The notes beneath the pieces were generated by a model. The model was given only the letters and a program-made list of their open reading frames with translations. It was not told the origin of the DNA and did not search any database. From assembly GCA_964016885.1 (NCBI GenBank), contig OZ024742.1:173290001-173354000 (forward strand): a stretch of DNA of 64,000 nt. The letters are read 5' to 3'. Position numbers and translations under genes: made by a program. Source of the DNA: Eledone cirrhosa (lineage: Eukaryota). Of this stretch, positions 1-13,739 are shown piece by piece (position 1 is the stretch's first letter; each line of letters starts with the position of its first letter).

Positions 1-1519
1 CTCTGTTACTACGATGAACACATTGTCAACGTGTAAGTTGCTGAGCATTCCACATTCCCTTCTACCCATAGCGTAATTTCAGTGATATTCAGTGTTACAG
101 AATGAGTGACAGAGCTGGCTCTTGGAATTACAGCTACAGTCCATCCGACAGACAACCAAATATGAAAATATTTGATCAAGCTCATTAGCTATATGTACTT
201 ACTGCTGTCATTTTCTTTCATTATAATTTCCCACAATTATGGGAGTATTTTACTTGTCGAGGCAATGATATATTGGGAATTGTCAGAGTCATTAAAAATT
301 ATTATTCTTTGCCCACCTGAGCGGGTCGTGGTTATAAAGTCTTCAAACACTCTTTCCTGCGAGTCCTGTCTGAAGGAAACCTCTCCAACTGATCTGGCTG
401 AATGCCCAAGCGAGTCCAGCACGATGTCTACACCTAGGTCCTCTACCGGTTGGAGTTTCTCAGAACGGTCTCGGCAGTAACGTTACTCGTTAGTATACGT
501 AGCTCTGAGATCAGAGAGCCACTCCAGGTAGAGCAGCTACTTCTCTGGTTTCAGAGATCACAGTTCCGATACCATGGGCATAAGGTTATAATGTCTAAGG
601 GAATAATCACTGGGCATATTTTAGGGTAAAATCATATAGAACGAAACCACGAGGTTGGATAACATCCATGAGCTTGCTTAGTCTTGCCTGGGACTTCAGC
701 CGGATCAGTTGGAGACGGTTGCTTTTGAGGTCACAGCTCCGATTCTATGGGCATGTGGAGTCGTTAAATCTTCAAATTAAATGCCTTGGTATTCATTCAT
801 GCTCTCTGAGACCTGAATTGAAATATCGACAAGGATTCTAAACATTCCTGTTCCAGAAATAAAGTACCAATCTAAAGTAGGAGGTGGACTGGTAGAATTG
901 TTAAACTTTCTGAATGGAGTCTTTACTGTATCTAATATATCGGGCAGACAGAATCAGGATTGGTGGGAACAACAAAAACATTGTGATCATGGCTTAACCT
1001 GAAGATCAACTCGTTTGTTTCTAAATAAAGGCGTAGAAATGCAATCTCGTTTGCCGGGTTTCTACCCTGAAATAAGTATAAACTGAAACAGCAAATATAG
1101 ATTTCTAATCTAGGTAAAATGTAATGAGAGTTCAAAAAGTGCAACATTGATGTAATTAATTCTAGTACTCTTAAGGTGTATTGTCTCAAACCCGGAATGA
1201 TGACATGTAAAATTATTCTCGTGACAACTTGATTGTATTGAGTAAGAGAAATGCCGTAGTGACATTATATACGTCGATCTACCAATTCTATTAATCAGCC
1301 ACACTTTGCAACTGCAAATATTGTACTCATAATGTTCTCATTGCAAAATCAGTTTGTTTGATGAATAATAATCTTACATTTCGCTCAAGCGAATTTGTTG
1401 AAGAAAAATACAAACATATCGACTTAATTATACAGTTATTTTACCACTATGTGCTGAAGAGTGGAATCAATGTTTTTCTGGGTTTGGAGTTAGATTTATT
1501 TCCATTATATTATCTGGCA

Positions 1520-1735
1520 GAAAAGGCGGTGGGTTGGCAGAATCGGGAGAGCACCAGACAACATACTCCATAGCATTTAATAACGGCCAATTACGTTTTC
1601 AGCACAACTCTCCCCATTGTAAACTTTGGTTTTCCCCACTCTGTACTCAACAGTTTCAGTAACATATAGAGGTTGGTATAAACCATCTCCCCTTCGTCTA
1701 AATCATTGTCCTAGTTCCTAAGGTAGAAATCCTTA
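1520..1735 (+). mobile_element. Degenerate tRNA-derived SINE (same family as 21772-21960)
   Basis: aggcggtgggttggcagaatcg head, degenerate aactttggttttc core and aaggtagaaatc tail resemble the better copies in this window. Confidence 0.5.
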
Positions 1736-2534
1736 TATTATTTTGGAGAATATTTTTAGGGGTTCCTACAAAATGACTCCCATTGCTGAAATTATTGTAT
1801 TTGGGTTGTTCATGAATAACTACTGAATAATGAGTGAATGAGTAACAGTGTTGCACAGAAAATCCCTTATAGCAGTATAACTTGGTGAAAATTTCTTAGA
1901 AACTGCGTTAATTTGGGGCCCAAAAGAAACACAATATGCTTTCAAAGTAGAGGACGATGACAAAATTCAGATTTAGTTAGGAGGAGATTATTCTATAGTA
2001 ATAGTAGGAGAAATCACGTGAACATAGAACATATCTAGGTACAAAAATAAACAAAATTATACTTTACTAACATCTCCCTGTTAAATTCATAGCTTTAATC
2101 ATATGATTCTCCCTTATTACGCTCATGAATTTAGATTATACTACATGATTATGGCAATTCAATAGATTATAATGTGTTTAGGTATGTAATAATCATCATT
2201 GAACAGTTAATAGTTACTCCTAGTAATATGATTATGGATATACAATCGATTATATAGCAGTCTATGAATGCGAGCTTGACTATGAAGCAGATTATAAGAT
2301 CAGACTAATAATAAAATCATAGACATTCGATAGATTATTGATTAGCATGTTAGCAGATGGGCATTCCATAGGTCACAGAGCAGTTTAATAAGATAATCGT
2401 AGTTGTCCAATGGATTATAGACTACTGCATTTACACGACTACTCTGTTAGAGTATGTTGAAGATACGTCTGTATCAAAACGTTCCCGGTTATTCAATGCA
2501 ACACACATACAGATATATACACACACACACACAC

Positions 2535-2626
<92 letters not shown>

Positions 2627-3249
2627 GCATATAAGCACTATTAGTAGCACTGAAATAGTGTGCTTCATATTGAAATATATCGTAGATGCTTCCATATACG
2701 ATATATTTATGTATAATAAACATCCTCTAAGCATTTTATGAAATTTATGAAATAGTCTTTGGTCCTGTCACCGTTTCTTTTTCTGACGTCACCGTTTCGT
2801 TTTCCTATCCTTTTTCGGGGGAACTGATACTTTTCCTGCTAAGACATATAAGCTGGAAGATTATAGGGTTTTGCTTCTAAACATCGGCTTATGAATCTCA
2901 TTTGACACTCGTGCAAACTCTGACCAGATCGACTTACTATGAAGTAGTAGGGGAAATGACATAACATTAAGCATAGTAGTGTTGTGTATGGAAGGTTATA
3001 CGATATGTTTTTAAATTGTTGATAGCTATGTGTCGGTTTAATGAGCTGGGATCATGTCACTGTTATCTCAGGAACAAGTGTAAGGACCGTACAGCTTATG
3101 GTGCTAATTTGCAGCAGATTTTCGTAAGCCTAAGCTGTATGCATTCGGCTTATTTTGTCTCAGCCCAAAAGGAATAAATTCCCCCAAAGAACAAGAATAA
3201 GGCGGAACATGACGGGACAGTGTGGATAAATATAATAAAAATGCGTTGA

Positions 3250-4560
3250 ACGTTAATAGCAGTCAAATAAAGAGACTTGACACAAACCTTCCTACTTTAT
3301 AATAAGATGCACCACCCAAAGACAGATGTGGATCATACCTTCCCAGATCTCAAGGAGGCAAAGTCTTGAACGAGCTTAAACTGTCTTACATTACAACCAT
3401 AATTGATTTGGCCAAATATGTTGGAGCAACAAACGACTCGGTGTTGAAAATTGTGGAAAAACTCGAGAGGATTTAGAAGTTTCATTCTCTGTTGAAAGAG
3501 AGAAAATATTTGCTACTGCTATCATAACCGACGGAACTGTGGCAATTGTTGTTGCAAAGCACTTAGAATTAATGGCTGAGAAAATAGGGCATGAACAATT
3601 AACATCAATGTGAGGTCAAACACCTTTATACGACAAATATAAGGTATGTTGCAACTAAGTTGATGTTGAGAAAAAGCAAACCTATCAGTGGCTAAATAAC
3701 TCAAGGCTAAAGGCAGAGAGTGAAGGCATCAACGTTGCTGTCCATGTTCAAACTTATTAACTCGTAATGGATTACATCCAAAGTGTCGAATCTGCAAAAT
3801 GCGATTGAAACTGTGGACCACTTAATCTCTGGATGTAATGTTTTGCACCCGTAGAATATACACCATTACATGACAGAGTTGGCCAATATGTACACTGGTG
3901 AATATGTCGGCATTATAATATCGTAACTGCTAATATGTGGTATAAGCATTACTCTGAAGCTGTAACTGATGGAGAAAACGTACCAATTCTTTCGAACTTT
4001 CCTGTAAAAGATTGCGGAATGAAATTTGTCAAACTCAGAAAGTATAAAGATTTACTGATTGAAATTGAAAGAAGTGTAGCCTCTCAAGGTGTTTACAATA
4101 CAATGATTAAAGGAGCCCTAGGGATGATAAGAAAAAAAGCAACAGAAAATAATTTTAGAATGATCCCTGGCTTACCCTCAAAGCAAGAAGTAAAAAAACA
4201 TTGGTTTAAATGGCACGGCACACTTATTGTGAAGAGCACTATCGCCGTGTGAAAGATAATAATCTATGTAATTATATTTTACGAAATTCTATTAGATTAA
4301 ATTCTATGATTATATAAGTTGTAAATAATTGAGCCCTCTTATATGATTGACTATTATTCTGTTGCAAATATGATTTTAAACAGGTAAAGTGTAATTGTAT
4401 AAAGCAAATGATATTCTAGTAACTGTGTAAACTGCGTGAAGTGAATAATATGTTGTGCTTATTTTGTGGCTTATAAATGTGTGCAGTGAGTTTCTCTGCC
4501 CTGAGTGTTGGGAGGACACGCGGCATGAATTGGAAACATAACTATAGTTAGAGGAAAATC
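3250..4560 (+). mobile_element. 5'-truncated, degenerate R4/Dong-clade non-LTR retrotransposon
   Basis: Frameshifted translation gives MHHPKTDVD..LPRSQGG, CRIC..ETVDHLISGC..HDRVGQYVHW and WYKH (ORF 3935-4252); this is the C-terminal RT thumb, CCHC and restriction-like endonuclease region. Confidence 0.8.
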
Positions 4561-4589
4561 ACACACAAATTATTAAAGAAAAGTAATGA

Positions 4590-7200
4590 TTTCATTTATT
4601 GGGCACAAGGGTGTATATGTAGGGGACAGTTCAAAGACACGGACAGTGGGGGTTTACAATAAGCTCGAGCAACAGTGCACAATAGCAAAACATATTTAAC
4701 AATAAAAAATATAAAATCAACTATGTATAAACATAACAAAATGAATTTCCCAATAGCGGGGGATTAACGACCCAGAAGCGACTCAGTTACTCCACCAATC
4801 CTCAATCATTTTTTAGGGTGTCCAGGGAGGGCACCTCTCCCATTCTCAAATTAACCAGCATACAGTGGCATGGTCAGAGTAGCTCCATTCACCCAGGCCA
4901 TTCTGGGCACTTTCATCCACCGTTTAGCAAATGTACGGGGGGGGGGGGGCACTTCTCGCGCCACCCTCACCTTCCTTTCCAAGGGAAACTTGAAGAAGTT
5001 GCTGCGGGATTCGCTGAAGAGAAAAGTGTCTGTCTTAAGTCTTTTCACACTGGTCAACCATACAACTTCTTTCGCAACTGCCACAAGAGGGAGTAATTTT
5101 GCCTGTCCTGCCTGGCCAAAACAAGGCAACGGGTCGATCTTTACTATGGATTCGGCCGATAGCCGGATCCGTTCTACACGCAACAACAGCTGTTCGACAT
5201 AACTTCACAAGTCAGTAATGAACGGACATTGGACGAGTTTGTGCAGAACGGTTTCGTCGCTCTGCGTGCGTCTCGGGCAGGTCCGTCTGACAGGACTTCC
5301 GTATCTGTAGAGATTATCTCGAACCTGCAGTGCCCCCGGTGCCACTGCCAAGCGAGGGATTTCTGTAAGTTATCCATCGTCCCCGGCTCGAAAGCCCATC
5401 GGAACACACTCGTCAGTTCGACTTGGTCGGCGCCCAGAGCCTCTGTAAGTGCACCCTCGCACTTGCCCACCACTAATCCTCTACAGAGCTCGAGAATGGA
5501 AGTTCCACTGACCCCATTGCCCGCCTGGTAGAGGGCAGTGTGTTCTTGGCAATATTCCAGATTACAGTCACCTAGTCTCGGTCTCTTCTTGAGCCAGGAC
5601 CGCAGCTCAGTCAACAAGACGAGCTGTGGAAAGGCCCGTCTGATAAACGGTGTCCACACCTGTTCACCATTTAGGCAGAATATCTGGAGAAGCCGCAGCC
5701 TCAGCGCATGAATGCGCACCATTAGCTACGGAATTCCCAGCCCTCCATGTAGAGGGTGTTGGCAGCACATGTACTTCTGCATCAACAGAACCTGTCTCCT
5801 CCACACGAATTCGAAAAGGAGCCGTTCCAACTTCGAGAGTCTCAGACGGGCAAAGACACGACGGTCAGGAGGTAGTAGATGAAGGTCGCCATGTACGCAT
5901 TCGCCACCTCCATCAGACCATTCAGTGATAGCATCCTCGCAGCCTATTTCTGGGTGAGACTGGCTACCCTGTGTCTCACCTCGTCCCAAATTCTATCTAC
6001 CTGGAGTTCTGGTCCGAATCAAACACCGAGCAACTTTACCAGTCAGTCCGCCAGCATTTGCTCACCAGGTGCCGAGCTGCAAGGACACCTAATTCCGTGT
6101 TACGTTTCGCTCCCATCAACCTTTCATATTCCCCCTATAAGGTGCTGACCACCTAGATTTCGGAGATGTCCGAGGCCATTACAGTGACGTCATCCGCATA
6201 AACAGACACAGCATTTCCTCGTCCCGGTTCGAGCGGGATGCCCTGCAACAGCTCCAGCTTATGCAGTAAAGGTTCCAGAGTCAATACGTACAGAAGGGAA
6301 GAGAGAGAGGGCACCCTTGATGGACCGAGTGAGATACCTGAAACGGTTCCGTGAGGTGGCCATTAATCTTGACGCTGTGCATTGCAGCGATCCATCTTCT
6401 GGAGACAGGGCCGAAGCCAGCTGCCTTGAGGACACCTTTCCAGTCGTCTAAACTGATCAGACACTCTCCGAAGCCAGGTTTACGCATTACCGTCTCTATG
6501 ATGTATAACATGAGGTGGAGCATGTCGTATATGGACCTAGTCGGTATTGCGCATTTTTGCATCTCCCCAACCAAATCCTTGTCGACAAGTGCCAGCCTCA
6601 TCGCTAAAACCATGTCAAAAATCTTAAACTCTGTTTGAGCAGTGTTATGGGCCAGAAGTTATCTATGCATCCCTAATGTTCTCGGCTTTCTTTATCAACG
6701 TCACTACGACTCGCCTCACAGAATTGGGAATACTCCGGTTCTGCAGCCAGTGCCAGTAGAGCGCTTCGAGGCAATCGTTGAACAAGTCTGTCTCTTTTAC
6801 GTAAATCTCGTAGGGCAGACCATCCAAACCGGTTAACATGCGCCTCCTGCAGCCGACAAGGGCATCCTTAATTTTGGTTGAAGTAATCGGCTTTCGCAGC
6901 GCTTAGCGTCGGCTTCGAGAGACATTGCAAGCGGTCGAGGTAGTGATTGAAGTCCGCTACTGACTCTCTGCCCGACCTCGCTCCCCGAATAACCGAGCAA
7001 AGTGCTGGTGAAAAACCTCAGACATCCGTTTTGAAACGGTCAGCTCGTGTCCGTCAAATATCAAATTGGGGTTTTATTACCACGCAGCACCACTGCCACG
7101 CGGGACTATCGAACAGCTTTGGTTCCCTCGTTTCTCAGAGCACGTGCCTTAGCTTTGAGAATGCAATCTTCGTGTTTCGAATTGAAGAAATGGTATAGTG
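4590..7200 (-). mobile_element. Tx1/L1-clade LINE, ORF2 pseudogene (5'-truncated)
   Basis: Fragmented ORFs with SVHQGCPLS, a YADDVTV motif near 6185-6205, HALRLR and DNLQKSLAWQ; homologous to the 39273-40739 ORF; AATAAA on the minus strand near 4595. Confidence 0.9.
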
Positions 7201-7470
7201 CCATTCTCGCCAGTCGCACGTCAGTTGCAATGACACTACGAATAGTTTCGTCTAACTTCACTCCCAGCTCCCTAGCAATTCTATAATTCTCTAAAGCCAC
7301 TTATTTCCTAAACACTATTGATATTACACTAATCTCTCTTTCGAGAGTCACCTCTTGTGGTCTATGCAACCCCAGTCAACTTTTGCTTTACCAAATGGTT
7401 GACCCTGTCGCTGTAAGCCTTGCGAAGCGGAAACGACAAGTTCAGCTTCCAGTAACCAGGTCTAAATTCC

Positions 7471-7780
<310 letters not shown>

Positions 7781-7831
7781 ATAATAAAATAACAGAAGGC
7801 TGGACTTGTGTAAATCCTTGAAAGGTTTATG

Positions 7832-7889
7832 ATACTATGATCATTTCAATGACCGGCTTCCGTATGAATCCGGTGATATCATCAGGTAT
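7832..7889 (-). ncRNA. Type I hammerhead ribozyme
   Basis: Minus strand: atac CTGATGA tatc-accgg..ccggt-catt GAAA tgatca TA gtat; palindromic stem III ATGATCAT. Confidence 0.7.
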
Positions 7890-10145
7890 TCGAAATATAA
7901 TAGATGAATGTAACAGATAAAATCCATGTGGCTGAAAATCATAGACCCGAGGACGACCGACCATCTACATCTTCCAATTTAGCCGGTCTAACTTAAGTGC
8001 TGGCCATTGGACTTACTTAAGGCTATCTGGTGAGGGGGCTAAAGCTTATTGTGTGCTTCTAACCTCCCGGTCAAAGAGAAGAAAATCAGAAAGAAAGGGG
8101 AAGAAAAGTCAGCATTAATGCCATGCTACAGTCAGGCCAGGAATTGTCGCGAAACAAGTTATTCTAAAGGACCCGTAGCTTAACAGAGGTATTTATTATA
8201 ACAGAGGTATATATAGTGGGGGTCTACATGGTATAATGTGTGAACAGAAGATTGGAACGTTAAATGTTTGTTTAGATGTATAGGATGATATTAAAAACAA
8301 AAGATTAACATTATAAAATTAAAACATTATGAAATTGAAAATTAAACAGTTTAAACAATTTTTTAGGGTTTTGGGTTGCGAGCTTTAGTTAAAGAAAGAG
8401 TCTTTTATGAAGAAACTTTAATTGTATTATAGAGATCCTCGATAAGTTACCCGAGTGGGATGTCGAGTAAAGATTATGTCCTTGTTTAGCAGTCAAACAG
8501 CATGCGGCGACTGCAGACACCGGCCAGCCCATCATAACCACGTGTCACCCATTCCGAGTGATATCGCCTAGCGAAAGATATGGAAATCAATTTTTCCAAG
8601 CACTCTAGGAATATATTCCAGGCTTCAGGAGTTCTAGTGGGAAGTCAGCCATCGTTATACCAAACGAGTACTATTAATTTACAGAGGAGGGGGGATTATT
8701 TAAGTAGAGGGAGGCATGATACAGCTAATAGTTATGATTAGGCCTAGAATTTAAAGGTACTATATGGCGGTCATAAAAAAAAAACGGCTGCGCGGCGGGT
8801 CCCGGGGCGAATCAAACCGCTCCGTGTAATTTCATTTACCGAAAGAAGGGGAAATTTATTTTTCCAAGCACTCAAGGTAGGCCTATGCACCAGGAGGCCG
8901 GCCTCGCAGCCACGAAAACCAACACAACAGTCGGATCATCGCGTGTAATTAATTGTAAAACTCGATGAAAAGCGCAATTAGACTATATCTAGGTCCCCGG
9001 ATAGTCCGGGTAATACGTATTGTTGTTCTCAGGGGGAGATATTCTAGTGGTGTGTGCTAATGGGTACAAGCGAGTAAACATCCGAATAAAATGAATAAAA
9101 AATACATGGATAGATAAAAGTAGAATAGGTAGATACAAAACACATTAATAAAGTAAAAAGGTAGAAATATATAAATAAACAAATAAAAATAACTAGAGTG
9201 GTGGTGGAGTAAAACGGAGAAATCAAAACACAGGATAAATACAATATAGTTCAAGTTTTATTGACCTCCATATAGTACCGTTAAATGTTAGGTCTAATCA
9301 TAACTATTAGCTTTATCATTCCTCCCTCTACTTAAACAAATGCCCCTCCTGTGTAAATTAATAGTACTTGTTTGGTATAACGATGGCCTAACGACGATGG
9401 CTGACTTCCCACTAGCACACCTGAAGCCTGGAATACATTCCTCGAGTGCCTGGAAAAATAGATTTCCATATCTTTCGCTAGGCGATCTCATTCGGAATGG
9501 ATGACACGTGGTTAGGATGGGTTGGCCGGAGTCGGCAGTCGCCCCATGCTGTTTGACTGCTAAACAAGGACATAATCATTACTCTACATCCCACTTGGAT
9601 AACTTATCGAGGATCTCTATAATACAATTAAAGTTTCTTCATAAAAGACTCTTTCTTTAACTAAAGCTCGCAACCCAAAATATTTAATAACATTTTAAAA
9701 TTGTTTAATTTTCAATTTTCTAATTTTTTTAATTTTATAATGTTAATCTTTGAATTTTTTAACTTCATCATATACATCTAAACAAAAATTTAACGTTCCA
9801 ATCGTCTGTTCACACATTATACCATGTAGACCCCACTATATTTACCTCTGTTAAGGTACGGGTCCTTTAGAATAACTTATTTCGCGGCAATTCCTGGCCT
9901 GACTGCAACATGACATTAATGCTGACTTTTCCTCCTCTTTCCTTTTGTTTTTCTTCTCATTGACCGGGAGGTTAGAAGCACACTATAAGCTTTAGCCCCC
10001 TCACCAGATAGCCTTAAGTAAGCCGAATGGCCAGCACTTGAGGGCGAACGGCTAAAGTGGAAAATGGAAGATGGTCGGTCGTCCTCGGGTCTATGATTTT
10101 CAACCCCATGGATTTTATCTGTTACATTCATTTATTATATTTCGA

Positions 10146-10203
10146 ATACCTGATGATATCACCGGATTCATACGGAATCCGATCATTGAAATGATCATAG
10201 TAT
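10146..10203 (+). ncRNA. Type I hammerhead ribozyme
   Basis: atac CTGATGA ..cggattc atacg gaatccg.. GAAA tgatca TA gtat. Confidence 0.7.
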
Positions 10204-10589
10204 AATAAATCTATAAAGGATTTACACAAATCCAGCCTCCTGTTATTTTATTATAATATTTAACTCAGTAATCGCACCACCAACTACACAAACGAAGACG
10301 GTTGAGCTGCTTTACGTTGAGTACTCTCCATATTATTACATCAAGATTGACGATACGGAACTGACCAGCTCTATCCAGTGGTGAACCTTCAAACCTAAAT
10401 ATATATATATATATATGTATATATATGGGTGTGGGGGGCGTGTGTGTGTGCGTGTGCGTGTGTGTATGTGTGTGTGTATATATATGTATGTGTGTGTATA
10501 CATATATATATGTGTGTGTGTGTATATATAGATATGTGTGTGTGTGTATATATATATATGTGTGTGTATATATACATATAGTGCATAGT

Positions 10590-10925
10590 GAAGGCGCATG
10601 GCTGAGTGGTTAGAGCATTGTGCTTGCAATTGAGAGGTTGTGAGTTGGATTCTCGGACCGGGTGATGCGTCGTGTCCTTCAGCAAGACTTTATTTCACGT
10701 TGCTCCAGTTAACTCAGCTGTGGAAATGATTTGTGGCGTGACTGGTGCCAAGCTGTGTCGGCCATTGCCTTTCCCTTGGACAACATCGTTGGCGTGGAGA
10801 GGGGAATCTGGTATGCATGGGCGACTGCTGGTCTTCCACAAAACAAACCCTGCCCAGGCTTGTTTCACGGAGGGAAACATTCTAGGTGTAAAACCATGAA
10901 CATTCGTGACCGAGTGGGGCCAAAG
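10590..10925 (+). mobile_element. tRNA-derived SINE (second family)
   Basis: Pol III A-box-like tggctgagtggttagag and degenerate B-box gagttggattctc, followed by a gtgtcctt..gcaagac core. Confidence 0.75.
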
Positions 10926-11008
10926 CAAAAGAATATATATGTATATATATATGTATTAATATATGTATATATATATGTATTAATATATGTATATATATAT
11001 ATATATAT

Positions 11009-11749
11009 GAGATACGTAAAATAAGAAAATTATAAAATTAACTTACTTACTAAAGTATCACTTCCAACTAATTAGTTTCTGGAATGGAATAAATATATTT
11101 TCCGAAGTAGATACAGAGAATCATTCCGTCGTCAGGGAAGACTATTCTCATCTAAGTATCCAGGCCAAGCGTGGACTCTGGAAACTTATTAAAAAATATT
11201 TCAGTGGATAGAAAATAGCAAAGCGTGGACTGAATTCCTAGCCATTGAGAAAATCACTGCCTCTGCGTCGGTGGCAAATTCAAAAAGAATCAATCACGTG
11301 ACATCGAGGTTAATCAGTGGAAAGTGGTTTGCTAATAAGACAGCGGCCTGCCTGCTACCATAGCAGCAGTCATGGCCAATATTGCTCGACAAATAATTTG
11401 AAGATAATTATAAAGAATAAATATCTAGTAACATATATATACAGACAGATGCATATCAATGCTAGCAAATATATAGGTTTTGTCTTAGTAACTTTGTGGT
11501 TCAATGCATGGGGTTGCAGAACAATAATATGAGAGACGTAAAATAAGAAAATTATAAAATTAACTTATTTACAAAAATATCAGTATTTTAGTAAGTAAGT
11601 TAATTTTATAATTTTCTTATTTTACGTCTCTCATATTATTGTTCTGCAACCCCATGCATTGAACCACAAAGTTACTAAGACAAAACCTATATATTTGCTA
11701 GTATTGATATGCATCTGTATGTATATATATGTTACTAGATATTCATTCT

Positions 11750-11755
<6 letters not shown>
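11009..11755 (-). mobile_element. Retrozyme-like element: 522-bp unit with terminal direct repeat plus an inverted 175-bp segment
   Basis: 11009-11060 is repeated at 11531-11582; 11583-11755 is the reverse complement of about 11407-11580; HHR inside. Confidence 0.75.
11061..11140 (-). ncRNA. Type I hammerhead ribozyme with extended stem II
   Basis: Minus strand: cttcc CTGACGA c-ggaatg..cattcc-a GAAA ctaattag TT ggaag; stem III palindrome ACTAATTAGT. Confidence 0.8.
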
Positions 11756-11827
<72 letters not shown>

Positions 11828-12470
11828 ATCTAGTGTACTGTTACATGGTCGGTTCGTCGGTGATAAAACCGACAACCGCACCACGTTGTTATGGTGAGGA
11901 GGGTGATTTTGGTCACACAAACCTGACAAACGGCGGAAGAACTCATAAGAGTCAACGGGCATCAAAACATGTGTACATATGTATATACATATGTGTATAT
12001 GTGTGTATGTATATATACATGTATATATATGCGCGCGGACATAGAAATAATCGGTCTAGATACTCGATCCAGCAGTTAAACCACTGGGAGTGAAGGACCC
12101 CTAGGCTTTGTCAGGGTATTCTTCTAGGAGAAGACAACTCAGGAAACGCGCGGCTCAGAAGTTACCGTTGATGTTGATCTTTTCTTATTTTCGGATTATA
12201 TCTAGTGTCGCTCAGAGAGTGGGATTTGCTCAGTGCACAGTCTTTCCTCACTTTGAAAATACCTTCACACACAGGCGTTGAAAGATATAATTAATTGAAA
12301 ATTATTAATAATTGTTGTTATACTTTGGGGGGGTCATGTTGCCAATAAGAAACACACGCACCAGTTGCTTTCACTTCAATTTAATTTAATATATATTTAT
12401 AAATTTACAAATTTATAAATTTCTGGTTGGTTGGTTGGTTCCACAACCAGATAGTTGTTTATATATATAT

Positions 12471-12515
12471 AGTCATAGTTCTTTCGTCACACACTCTGTG
12501 ACCTCTTCAGTGACT
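12471..12515 (-). ncRNA. Minimal type I hammerhead ribozyme in PLE pLTR
   Basis: Minus strand: agtca CTGAAGA g-gtcaca gagtg tgtgac GAAA gaac TA tgact. Confidence 0.8.
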
Positions 12516-13694
12516 GGGGATTTCTTTCTTCGTTTCTGTGCCTTTCCTTTCTTCTATCCTACGCCATTTTGTTTGTGTGTGGGTTGCGTGCTCAGTTTGC
12601 GCATGCGCCACATCCGGGTGTCTGTGTGTGTTTGTGTTCATTTTTCTACTTTTCTATTTATATTTGTTTGTTTATTTATTTATTTATTGTTGGTTGGTTG
12701 TTTGTTCTATGTGTGTGTGTGTTTTCATTTTGTCTTGTGTGTGTTTTCATTTTGTGTGTGTTTTCAATTGTAAGTTGTTTATTCTATGTGTGTGTGTGTT
12801 TTCATTTTGTCCTTAATTGTAAGTTGTGATGCTGTTGTTTCACTCATATTTTCTATTTAATTTTGGTTTTAATTCTTTTATGCTTACTGCCTCTGTAATT
12901 TGCCTAAACATTGCGTCTTTCTTGTGTGTGGATTCTATTTTTATTTCTATGCTCTCTAATTTACCCCTGTGTTCTATCTTAGCATGTTGGTAGAGCACAG
13001 ATGATTCTTTACTATCTTGGAGGTCTCGCCAGTGTTCATTTATTCGTTCCCCTATACTACGAGCTGTCTCACCTATGTACACTATAATTTTGTTTCTAAA
13101 TTTGTTTTAGAAACAAAAATATAGTGTACATAGGTGAGACAGCTCGTAGTATAGGGGAACGAATAAATGAACACTGGCGAGACCTCCAAGATAGTAAAGA
13201 ATCATCTGTGCTCTACCAACATGCTAAGATAGAACACAGGGGTAAATTAGAGAGCATAGAAATAAAAATAGAATCCACACACAAGAAAGACGCAATGTTT
13301 AGGCAAATTACAGAGGCAGTAAGCATAAAAGAATTAAAACCAAAATTAAATAGAAAATATGAGTGGAACAGCAACATCACAACTTACAATTAAGGACAAA
13401 ATGAAAACACACACACACATAGAACAAACAACTTACAATTGAAAACACACACAAAATGAAAACACACACAAGACAAAATGAAAACACACACACACACACA
13501 TAGAACAAACAACCAACCAACAATAAATAAATAAATAAACAAACAAATATAAATAGAAAAATAGAAAAATGAACACAAACACACACAGACACCCGGATGT
13601 GGCGCATGCGCAAACTGAGCACGCAACCCACACACAAACAAAATGGCGTAGGATAGAAGAAAGGAAAGGCACAGAAACGAAGAAAGAAATCCCC

Positions 13695-13739
13695 AGTCAC
13701 TGAAGAGGTCACAGAGTGTGTGACGAAAGAACTATCACT
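13695..13739 (+). ncRNA. Minimal type I hammerhead ribozyme in PLE pLTR (one stem I mismatch)
   Basis: agtca CTGAAGA g-gtcaca gagtg tgtgac GAAA gaac TA tcact. Confidence 0.75.

Larger units (their letters stand above)
7779..10256. mobile_element. Non-coding foldback element: ~1-kb diverged inverted arms (7779-8775 and 9260-10256) with an HHR near each outer end
   Basis: Arms are reverse complements with scattered substitutions and indels; no convincing ORF. Confidence 0.85.

Noticed and set aside
172-1304. ORFs at the window start, including a QLRFYGHV peptide reminiscent of RTE-like LINEs
   Set aside because: No supporting flanking motifs and several stops in each frame I read; cannot assign
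2120-2430. About eight irregular GATTAT motifs
   Set aside because: Irregular spacing in AT-rich DNA; no supportable function
10590-10665. tRNA gene
   Set aside because: tRNA-like head continues into a SINE body; cloverleaf and B box are degenerate
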